Assembly (NCBI GenBank): GCA_020536535.1
Contig: JAHLWZ010000960.1
Location: 1 to 37,939, forward strand
Length of the DNA stretch: 37,939 bases
DNA from: Pelomyxa schiedti
Taxonomy: Eukaryota; Protista; Evosea
Reading direction: 5' to 3'
Part shown: one piece after another, positions 22,201 to 31,776 of the stretch
Layout of the letters: every line of letters starts with the position of its first letter
How positions within the stretch are numbered: position 1 is the first letter of the stretch
The notes under the pieces: model-generated
What the model was told of the DNA's origin: nothing
What the model saw: only the letters and a program-made list of their open reading frames with translations
The model's database searches: none
Translations under genes and position numbers: made by a program

Positions 22201-24215
22201 TCTCCCACAGGGCAAAAAGTGCATACCCCTCGAACCCTTCCAAGAATTACAGACGGTACCTCGGAAGTTTCAGACGACATTCTCTCTGTTACCAAGGTAA
22301 ATAACTTTATGAAAATAAGGCCAACAACTTCACAAGAAACTGTTCCCAGCCGTTCTTCCTGCCGAACCCAGTTCTTTTTCTAAAACCAGAAAGACTCTAC
22401 CAGCTGAGACACATCCCTTATGGCGTTCTGGAACTTCACAAAGAAAGTCACAATCTTCAAAAAGAAAGACAAGTGCAGACTTTGAAGCGTATGTCTATTC
22501 ACTCTCCCAATTAATTCATAATCTTGTACAGGTACTCCCCTCCCCAGTCACCAATTTTATCCTATACTCATCTTGACAACCAGCCAGCCCCATCTACACC
22601 CCCCTTGAAACCTGCACGACTATCCAATTCCACACCACGTAATTCCGCAACTAAACACTGCAGTCCAACAAAAACTCCTCCTCAACCACGTGTTTCTGAA
22701 TCAAGAGTTCCACCAATTGAGGTGGAATATTGCAAAGTACATCCTGTGGACACACCAGACTCGTCTCCACGGGAATCCCCAACACCCAAGTCCGCCTCCA
22801 AGAAAAAGAAGACAAGTGCAAAGAAAAGTGCAGCCAAGTCCGAAGAAATCTGTGAGCCAAGTGCAGAGCTAGAGGATAGCAGTGCCGTAGATGAAGACGG
22901 AACGATGGAAGATATTAACGAAGATAGCAGCGAGGCCATAGTGAAAGATAACATCAGAGAGGACGAAACTGATCAACCTAGGAGCGCAGAATGTGAGGAA
23001 GAGAACAAGGGTGGGAAAGAGGAATCGGACCAAGTTGCTTCAAGTGAAGAAGACTCCGGCGTACCCAAAAAAGTTCCTTCAACATCCAGTCCAGTGATAA
23101 AACGCAAGTCGGTAAAAAGCAAAGCAGCCCAAAAGTCTCCCGGAAAGAAGAGCAAATCGGACAAGGAAAGAAAGTCAGAGTCAAAAGTGAAAGCAGCTAA
23201 GGCAAAAGCAAGAGCTCACACTGAATCCTCTGATTCTGAATCACCTGAATCATCTGATTCTGAAACACCTTCAGCAAGAACAAAGACCAAGCCAAAGTCG
23301 GATCAGGAGCCTAAACGTGATCTCAAGCATAAAAAAGCCAAGGCGCATGTTGATGAATCCAGTGAAGAAGAAGTGAGGAAAGAAAAGAAAAGACACCCAA
23401 AGACTACAGAAAAAAGCAAGGGGAAAGACCTCAAAAAGGACAGTAAGAAGGCAAGAGGCAAGGCCGGGAAGAAAAAAGCCGCAATTCCTTCATCTTCAAG
23501 TTCCAGTGAGGATGATACTCCAGTTCCTCGAAAACGCAAGCAGCCTCTCTTTTACTCCAGTGACAGCTCAAGTGAAAGTGACAGTGAAAGTACTTCCAGT
23601 GAAAGTGACAGCGAAGTAGTACCCAGAGTCCCTATCACTGTAACCCAACAGCGTTATTTGAGTAGGACAACAGGAAAACCAGTTTCTGCCGTTTCCAGAC
23701 TTCAAGGTGAGCCATCCCAACCCAAACCAATTTCTAACTCCCGCTAAGATAGTACAAGCAAGCCGCCGCCGTCGCCTACCCGGCACCTAGCACGACCAAT
23801 GCAGACGCCGGCAATAACTAAATCCAAGACTACCAGAGTTCCAAGCACCGGGACTACGCATCGAGCTCCGCCACCTTCACCACTCACACCAGAAACACCC
23901 AAAACCAAAAAAGCAACAACCAAGTCCGCAACCAAGAAAGCAGTCCCAGCCACAGCCCCCAAGAAGACCGCCTCCTCGTCTACTTCCGCCGCCACAGCCA
24001 AGAAAGCCGTTCCAGCAACATCCAGCAAAGCCGAACCAACCAAGAAACCCAGCAGCACCAAGTCCAAGTCCAAGTCAAAGTCCAAGTCCGCAACCAAGTC
24101 AAAGACCAAGGCGAAACCCAAGGCCAAGCCCGCGACCCGCCGCCGTAACACCAGCACCAGCAGCGATAGTGACTCTGACAGCTCATCCCCATCCTCCAGC
24201 AGCGGCAGTGAGTAA
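19249..24215 (+). CDS. Very large (roughly 1400 aa) low-complexity / intrinsically disordered protein with segregated charge blocks and a histone-H1-like K/A/T/S tail
   Basis: Long ORFs 19249-20420, 20554-20950, about 21085-22060, 22531-23706 and 23749-24215 are linked by GT-AG introns (for example 23707-23748, which has a CTAAC and removes the in-frame TAA). No folded domain was recognised. Confidence 0.7.
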
Positions 24216-24420
24216 ACAGTCCCGCAAACCCTAAAGCACAAAACCTACAATACCAAAAACAACACCCGCAGCAGCCCCAACGAACACTACTTATTTCCCA
24301 CTCACCAAGGCAGCAACCCACCATCACCATGCCTATCACCCAATTTCAATTCAATCCCCAGTTGTTTTTTTTTTTCGCTTTTGGTTTTTCTGCTTGTTTC
24401 TGATTTCCGCTCACCACAAA

Positions 24421-25936
24421 ATGAATAGGAGCAACAACACACCCGAGTCACCACAACAAGGAGATGGTGATTCTGGGACCAAAGTGGGTAGTAGTAGTTG
24501 TGCAGGCGCTGCAGCGAGTGACCACGACGTTTCGGCGATAACGATTACTAGTGGTGAGGCTATTACCGATAGTACTACTAGGAGTAGTATTCCTTATTGG
24601 ACTTGTTGGGGTTTTTACTTTCCTCCCTTGTTTCCGAGCGGATTATACTTGTATAGTAGCATCTATTGTTTTTGTTAAAGGCTTTTTTATTTTCCTGGCA
24701 CGCCACTATTTTACAGTATAGTATGTAAAACTAAAAGAAAAGCAGAAGACGAAAAATGCGGCATGCACGTAGTGCAGTTGTTTGCAGAATCCAGGTTTAA
24801 GGAAGCATACTGTACATGTGTGAACATTCTCAACAAGTGCAACATCCATGTAACAACACCCACACAGCAATTCCGAAGGGAACTGCCAACAAAAAATACA
24901 GCCACTACTTCTACTACAAATGCACCGGCACTGAGGGAGGGGGTTCCTATGCTGGATGCATTTGCTTTTTTGATGCTGAGATACATATGGTCGATGAAGC
25001 CGGATTTGTTCCTTCACCCTTCTGTGATTGATCCTTGGGATGACCTCATGATCAAATGCACTAGCTGTTCACCTGAATCACTCAAGTTGATGTTCAGAGT
25101 GATAAACCTTTGTTGCTACTCTTTCACTGGACCTAGTTTGTCTACTGCAAAGTTCTTTCTTGGAGTGCTGCATGACAAAGGCATTGGCTGCAGAAAAGAC
25201 TGTGATGAAGCGCTCAGACTGTACAGAGCCAGTTCAGATTACGCCTGGTCAACATATTACATAGGACTGTCCTACGTATTTGGTGACGGAGTGCAAAAGG
25301 ACAATGCAGAGGCTGCCAAATATGTAATAAAAGCTGTTCAGATGGGTCTTCCTACTGCCTATGGCAAATTGGCTCAGCAATACTGTTTCGGCCTCGGACT
25401 TACTAAGGATGTAAGTGAGGGGATAAGGTTATTTCTTTACCCAGTTACATTCAAGAAGATTTTGCAGTAGTAATATATGAGTAGCGCAATATGCGTAATT
25501 TCCCGGGTGGTGGTTCAGACAGTATAATAACAGTAAAATAATATTTTATGTAATATTTTATTTAATTTAAAATACTACTTCCACAATAGTTTTCTTTCTT
25601 ACTCCATTTTATAGGTATGCCAAAATCGGAGCTGAACTAGGGTGCTCCTACTGCCAAACGTTACTGTCTTTTGGTTACCGATTCGGCACCGAATTCCAGC
25701 CCATGGACACGGATACAGCCAACAAATTAGACTGGAAAGCAGCCATGAATGGGGCTGGTGAGGCGCATCACTGTCTATCATTCTGCTATGACAATGGCGA
25801 GGGTGGCTTTGCTACGGATTTACGGGAGGCTCTCAGGTGGTGCAGGCTGGGTTGCTCTCAGGGCTGTGAACCACAACCGGGAAGGACTGAGGAAATCATG
25901 CAGATAGTAAATCAAATGTCACAATCACCCCCTTGA
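24421..25936 (+). CDS. Sel1-like repeat protein with an N-terminal helical region
   Basis: Sel1 units AKFFLGVLHDKGIGCRKDCDEALRLY, YYIGLSYVFGDGVQKDNAEAAKY, GKLAQQYCFGLGLTKDVSEGIR and HCLSFCYDNGEGGFATDLREALRW. An AT-rich intron at about 25428-25614 joins IR|YAK in frame. Confidence 0.78.
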
Positions 25937-26020
25937 CCCTTCTTCAACGGAACTGTTGTTTCTGAGCACACTTCCCATTGATAAGAGATCTAAGCACTTC
26001 GAATAACCACGACCAACTTG

Positions 26021-27342
26021 ATGGCCTCGACGCCCAACACCCAATCAACGTCAGCTGTAACCTCCAGTGTTTGGCACCAAAGAAAGAAACAGTGTGGTCA
26101 CGTGGTGAGCACCGCACCGACGGCGAGGGACCAAGTTGGGGCGATGGCGGCGGGGACCCACCCCCGGTGCGGCGGCGCCGGGTGCCCGCTGCTGTCGCTG
26201 ACGATGGCGTCGACGACGACGGGAACAACACCGAATTATGGGAGTGGTGGCGGTGATCTCGGGGTGCTGGTTGTGAGGCTGGTGTGGGAGTGGCTGATCG
26301 AGAACTCGAGGTTTTACTGGATGGAGTGGGATAACGCCCGAGGACAAAGTGTGATGATCACGTTCGGGGTGTCACTGGTGCTGCTGACGCTCACTCACCA
26401 AATGAGGTGGTGGGTCCCGAGGCGCAATGAGTATCTTTGTTGTGCCACTCGGGACTACTTGGTGCTGCAGAAACACTTCTGTTTTATCCTTCAGGACAGG
26501 GTGACGGGCCAGAGGGCACCAATGCTGAACGCTCGCAAGTGCTGCGTACCGGGAGGGAATCCGCCGTGGTGTGTGACAAATCCAAGATGGTTGGTGGTGT
26601 GTGACTGTAATGCTTGGGCTCTGGTTCTAGTTGAGATTCCAAAGAAAAATACGGCAAAATGCGGGACAACCACGATAAAGAAGCCAACTGTTGTTCCAAT
26701 TAACATCGCCTGCAACGAGGGAAGAAGAAGGTGGAAGGATTGCAAACCCAACTTAAGGCTTCGTAATGAAGACCACGGCCTGCTGCTGTTACAGGATCAT
26801 GAGAGCTTTTTTGAGATTGGACCTCAGGGGAACCTTTTCATCCAATACACTTGTGGTTTTGAGCTCAACTGTTCCAAGGTTGGCTGACTTGCACCTTTCT
26901 GACTATGCTTGCTTCACTGACGGCTGTTATGCTCTGTTGACACGAGCGGGTGGTGGTCATACCTTAGTCAAACGAGGCTCTTATAATCATCGGGTGTTCG
27001 TGATCGAGGAAGGGACTGGCAAACTGCAACGAGTTCAAGAGCTTTCCTACAATGAAACCTCAAGCTGCCAGGTATCACAGCTGAACGAATCACAGTTCTG
27101 TGTTTTTCACCCCAAAATGGACACTTACACAGTGTGGGATGTGAACGACACAAGCAAGCCAGTCAGGTCACAGCAATACAGCAGGGTGCACGAGGGGGCG
27201 GCTTTGCTTCAGATGGCCTTCTTTTCCAAGTGAGTGACTCAGGAGTGAGGAGTCCTCTGGTGCCCACGTCGTCGCATTCCAGTTGTTCACACCTCTCCAA
27301 GCCTTGTTTGAATGGTCCTCATCCCCTCTCTCCAACAGTTAG
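26021..27342 (+). pseudogene. Frameshifted intronless paralogue of 29205..30530 (HPRCG family, copy C)
   Basis: Relative to the paralogue there is an 8-nt deletion at about 26820 (GAGATTG^GACCTC vs GAGATTGCCATTGTTGACCTC), a +1 shift in the G-run at about 27195, and a further deletion at about 27243. Homology continues to AACAGTTAG. Confidence 0.85.
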
Positions 27343-27404
27343 CAAAAACAGTTAGTTGATTAGGACCCTAAGATCATTCCTGTTTTAAAAGTCACTTGGT
27401 TTTT

Positions 27405-29136
27405 TCAAGGGTTTGAGAGTTGTGTGGGTGGTGGATGTGGTTGTGGGTCTGTTGATGATGAAGATGGAGAGGGATGATGATGAGGACTGAAGGGGCTTGG
27501 GAGGTGGGTCGTATCACAGTGGATGGAGCAGGCTTGCTTGATGAGGGTTGTGATATCAGGGTTGTTGTGTCCGCGTGTTGCGGGATCGGCTTGGAGCAAC
27601 TGCATGGTCTTGTCCAGGCCCATGCCCATAAGCTTGGGTGAGAAGTGCCCCAGGTAAGCAACGCAGCAGCAAATGAAGTAATCACAGAACGAACTGCGGA
27701 GGTTTCAGTGCAATGTGTGATTGAAGGAGAGGGTTGTTACAGACAACCTTGGTGCGCAGGAAATCAAGAAATCCCAGATGAGCACGAGGTGCGAGATTGG
27801 GAATTCCCGGATAAGCAAGCATGTTGCCCAACTGATTCCAAAGTGAAGAAATGAGACCCCAACGGACCGGAAGTGTTCGCAAAGTGGTTCTGAAAGCAGT
27901 TATTCAAATGGGAAATGCAAATTGAGCACGGACCGTCAACAACTCTTGCGATTTGCTCCATGTACTGCAGCATGACCTCAGAGTGAAAACGCCAAGTTTT
28001 CCCACTGGGCTGCGAACGAAGCATTTAGAAAAAAAAAGGTGTGATTTTGAATGGGGCGTACATAGAGTTTCTGCAAGATTTTTTCAGTGCATCCATAAGC
28101 GTCAGCCTCAATTGTCATCATCTTTGCTGCCGATATCCCGGAAACATTATTCATGTTTCCTTTTTGTTAATGTTTTGCCTTTTAGGTTTGTATTGCTTGG
28201 GAATATTTTGTGAGGGTGGGAAAAATATCCCCCCCAATACCTCGCAGAAAAGAGTGCATGAAAACGATCAGAAACACAGCTGGGATCTCATTCAACCTTT
28301 TTTTTTTGGGAAAGGCGTGTTAAGACTGAAAGAAAGCATAAAACTTGGGGTTAGATACCCTTGAAAATAGGAAACATGTGGATTTCTCGAAGACCATATG
28401 TACAGGATGCGTGTCAGGGACATTCTGACTTCAAAGAGCAGGAAGATTTTCGCAAACCCATTGGGGAAAGTGCGGACCACGTCAAGTGCAATCTGGTTCA
28501 ACAGGTCGTTTGTCACCATATCAGATGACGAAGCGGTCGTCGCCGTGGTTGAATGCATGATTGCAGTTTCAGGAGGAACCACTTTTTCCGCGGATGATGG
28601 CGAACTGTGAGCAATGAGTCTCTTCATAATACCGAGGCACTGTCCTTCAACTGGGGAAAAAATAGCCCCCACAAGGTCACGATATTCTGTGTACCACTGT
28701 TCTCTTCCCTCGGGCCTGGCCACAAACAATGGTAAGCACAGATATATGTAGTCGTAAACATTACTTATCCATGTGACCCAATAAAATCTGCCACACTCGC
28801 GCACGCAATCGGCATGGAACACCCCTCTGCGTCAAATTTCTGAGTGCATCTGATCCCAATACAATAAGAAGAACGAATGACATTAATAAAAGAGAAAAGC
28901 AAATCACGTGAGGTTGAAACGGTTTCCACGCAATAATAATAATAATAAAAAAAAAAACAAATAAAGTGAGGAAACACGTTTTCGCGGTGTTGTTGACACC
29001 GAAAAAAAATCGAAAAAAAACCCGTACCAACGGAAGGAACACCGTAGGGAGACGACAACGCCTTCACATATAATTGAAGCAGATCTTGGTCCCCACAAGG
29101 CGACCCCCTCCCGCACCCACACAGCACCCCCTCCAT
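27405..29136 (-). CDS. TBC-domain Rab GTPase-activating protein, TBC1D22/Gyp1-like
   Basis: Spliced motifs LRNLTQRGVPCRLRARVWQILLG, QIALDVVRT (Arg finger), SYFQGLNEI (Gln finger), IEADAYGC and EHFRSVGVSFLHFGISWATCLLIREFP..LIWDFL. Confidence 0.88.
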
Positions 29137-29204
29137 TGTGGTTGTGTTACCCGAATGCCATCAGATCGAAAGAAAGACAGAAGGAGCTCACACTGTCAGA
29201 GGAG

Positions 29205-30530
29205 ATGGCACAAGAGCAATGTAAACCGCCCAACAACCCACCAATAATTATACACCAGCAATGTGGTCACGTGGTGAGCACCGCACCGACGACGAGGGGG
29301 AGGGAGACACCGGCGGCGAGGGACCAAGTTGGGGCGATGGCGGCGGGGACCCACCCCCGGTGCGGCGGCGCCGGGTGCCCGCTGCTGTCGCTGACGATGA
29401 CAGGGGCAGCGAATTATGGTGGCGGGGATCTCGGGGTGCTGGTTGTGAGGCTGGTGTGGGAGTGGCTGATCGAGAACTCGAGGTTCTACTGTGTTAAGTG
29501 GGATAATAATGAACGAGGGCAAAGGGTGGTGATCACGTTTGGGGTGTCACTGGTGCTGCTTACGCTCACTCACCAAATGAGGTGGTGGGTACAGAGGCGT
29601 GGGGAGTACCTTGTTCATGCAACACAGGACCACTTGTTCCTGCAGAAAGGGCCTCTTTTTATCCTTCAGTACAGAGTGACTGGTCAGAGGGCGCTGCTTC
29701 TGAACACATGGGAGCCCACGTGGTGTGGGACAAATCCAAGATGGGCGCCGAAGCCCCTCACTTATGCTACAAATTCGAAATGGCTGGCTGTATGCGACTG
29801 CAATGACCGGGTTCTGGTTCTTTTTGAGGCACCAGAAACCATGATCAAGAAGTCGACTGTCGTTTCACTTAACAGCGCCTGCAAGGGAATAAGAAGGTGG
29901 AAGGATTGCATGCCCGACGTAAGGCTGCGCAATGAAGATCACTGCGTGCTGCTGTTCACAGACCATGAAAGGTTTTGTGAGATTGCCATTGTTGACCTCA
30001 GGGAAACCTTTTCGTCCAAGACCCTGATTGTGGTGAGCTCAACTGTTCCAAGGTTGGCTGACTTGAACCTTTCTGACTATGCGTGTTTCTCTCTCTGCTG
30101 GTATGCTGTGCTCACACGAGTGGGTGGTGGTAATGTCTTGGTCACACGAAGAAGCTCAAAAACCTCAAATTTAATCATCATGGTTGATGAAGGAACTGGA
30201 AAGTTGCATCAAATTCACCAGGCATTTGAGAGCTCAGATTGGAGTGTATCACAGCTGAACGAGTCACAGTTCTGTGTTTTTCACCCCAACATGGACACCT
30301 ACACAGTGTGGGATGTGAACGACACAAGCAAGCCAGTCAGGTCACAGCAATGCCGCAGGGTGAACGAGGTGCATTTTGTTTCAGATGGCCTTCTTTTCCA
30401 AGTGACTGAATCCGGTCACGAGATACTCGTCAGTGAGGAGTACTCTGGTGCCCACGTCGTCACGTTCCAGTTGTTCACACCTCTCACAGCCGTTTTTGAT
30501 TGGATCTCGTCCCCACTCTCCAACAGTTAG
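29205..30530 (+). CDS. Intronless uncharacterised protein with ARDQ..HPRCG N-terminal motif (copy D, intact)
   Basis: Single ORF of about 441 aa from ATG 29205, highly similar to 26021..27342 and colinear with copies A and B. Confidence 0.8.
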   Translation: MAQEQCKPPNNPPIIIHQQCGHVVSTAPTTRGRETPAARDQVGAMAAGTHPRCGGAGCPLLSLTMTGAANYGGGDLGVLVVRLVWEWLIENSRFYCVKWDNNERGQRVVITFGVSLVLLTLTHQMRWWVQRRGEYLVHATQDHLFLQKGPLFILQYRVTGQRALLLNTWEPTWCGTNPRWAPKPLTYATNSKWLAVCDCNDRVLVLFEAPETMIKKSTVVSLNSACKGIRRWKDCMPDVRLRNEDHCVLLFTDHERFCEIAIVDLRETFSSKTLIVVSSTVPRLADLNLSDYACFSLCWYAVLTRVGGGNVLVTRRSSKTSNLIIMVDEGTGKLHQIHQAFESSDWSVSQLNESQFCVFHPNMDTYTVWDVNDTSKPVRSQQCRRVNEVHFVSDGLLFQVTESGHEILVSEEYSGAHVVTFQLFTPLTAVFDWISSPLSNS

Positions 30531-30558
30531 AAAAAAGAATTTTACTCCCTGTCTGGAA

Positions 30559-31734
30559 ATGGGTGGTATTACTTCCGTCGACTACGTGGGGGATGCGAGG
30601 AGACGTGCTGGTGCCGGCGACACCGATGCGATGTGCTCCCTGGCCACGTACCATTTGAACGGCTGGCACGGCGTCGCGCGAGACGCGGCCGCTGCCGTTT
30701 CGCTGTGGCGCGAGGCCGCCGAGGCCGGCGACAGGAACGCCATGTGGCACCTGGGGAGCTGCTACCTGCGCGGCAATTGTGGGATGCGCAGGGACATTGG
30801 GATGGCCAGGGCGTGGTACCTGAGGGGTGGCCACAAACATGGCCTGTGGGAAGTTGGAATGTGTCACTACTGGGGCTGTTGCGCATGCAATGGCGACATG
30901 GCATGTGATGGTGCTGAGCGGGATGTGGGCAGGGCTGTGTCGCTGTGGGAGGAAGCTGCGGATTTGGGCGAGCCGCAGGCGATGGCGTCTCTTGGGTGGT
31001 GTTACCAGAACGGCGTGGGTGTGGAGTGTGATGCTGTGAAGGCGGTGTCACTGTACAATGAGGCGGCCAGCCGGGACTCATCGCATTGGTGGAGGATTGG
31101 TGTGTGCTATTTGCGCGGGGAGGGTGTGGAGAGGGACTGGGAAATGGCTGTGGAAATGTTCCACAGGGCAAGGGGTGACAGGGACGCACAGCCGTACCTT
31201 GGGTGGTGTTACTTGTTGGGATGTGGCGTGGAAAGGGACGTGGCAAAGGCTGTTGAGTTACTCACCAGCTCTGCTCATTTTTCAAGAAGCTGCAGGGCCA
31301 ATGTGTTTCTCGCCTATTGCCATGAAACAGGCGTGGGTTTTGAAATGAACCTCAACAAGGCCAGTGAGCTGTACAATGGGGCGAAATTTGGGCATGATGG
31401 GGCAGAGGAGCTTGGAGAACTTGGAGAGTTTTGCCAAAGGGGCGATTGCGGTGTTCCAACGGACACGCGGGCCGCTGTTGGGTATTTCAGGATGGGTGCT
31501 GAGGGTGGTGATCCTGTTTCAATGTTCCACCTTGGCGTGTGTCTCAGGGATGGTGATGTTGTTGGTGTTGATTGTGATGCTGGCAAATCACGCCTTTGGC
31601 TGGAGAAGGCTGCTCATATTGGTCACAAACGGGCACTGAGGGTACTACGTGAACAGTCTGCCGCTCTTTGGTCACAACCAGGAGTCTCTGTGGCTTCTGT
31701 TCGTTACCCAGCAACCTACAGCAATACATTGTAA
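30559..31734 (+). CDS. Intronless Cys/Trp-rich Sel1-like repeat protein
   Basis: MGG start; about 9 Sel1 units (AMCSLATYHLNG, AMWHLGSCYLRG, AMASLGWCYQNGVGV, AQPYLGWCYLLGCGV, SMFHLGVCLRDG). Confidence 0.85.
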   Translation: MGGITSVDYVGDARRRAGAGDTDAMCSLATYHLNGWHGVARDAAAAVSLWREAAEAGDRNAMWHLGSCYLRGNCGMRRDIGMARAWYLRGGHKHGLWEVGMCHYWGCCACNGDMACDGAERDVGRAVSLWEEAADLGEPQAMASLGWCYQNGVGVECDAVKAVSLYNEAASRDSSHWWRIGVCYLRGEGVERDWEMAVEMFHRARGDRDAQPYLGWCYLLGCGVERDVAKAVELLTSSAHFSRSCRANVFLAYCHETGVGFEMNLNKASELYNGAKFGHDGAEELGELGEFCQRGDCGVPTDTRAAVGYFRMGAEGGDPVSMFHLGVCLRDGDVVGVDCDAGKSRLWLEKAAHIGHKRALRVLREQSAALWSQPGVSVASVRYPATYSNTL

Positions 31735-31776
31735 ACTATGCTCAGGTTACTTGAGGACTGGAATGATGAAAGAAAT

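Noticed and set aside
23745-23747. In-frame TAA between two low-complexity ORFs, suggesting stop-codon readthrough
   Set aside because: It lies within a canonical 42-nt intron (23707-23748, GTGAGC..CTAAC..TAAG) that preserves the frame.
21139-24339. Long hydrophobic minus-strand ORFs (Leu/Pro/Val-rich) that look like membrane proteins
   Set aside because: They are the reverse complements of Glu/Gln- and Lys/Ser/Thr-rich coding tracts.
25661-25690. Suspected frameshift in the last exon of the 24421 Sel1 gene
   Set aside because: A base-by-base check shows the frame is continuous (TLLSFGYRFGTE) into the 25703 ORF.
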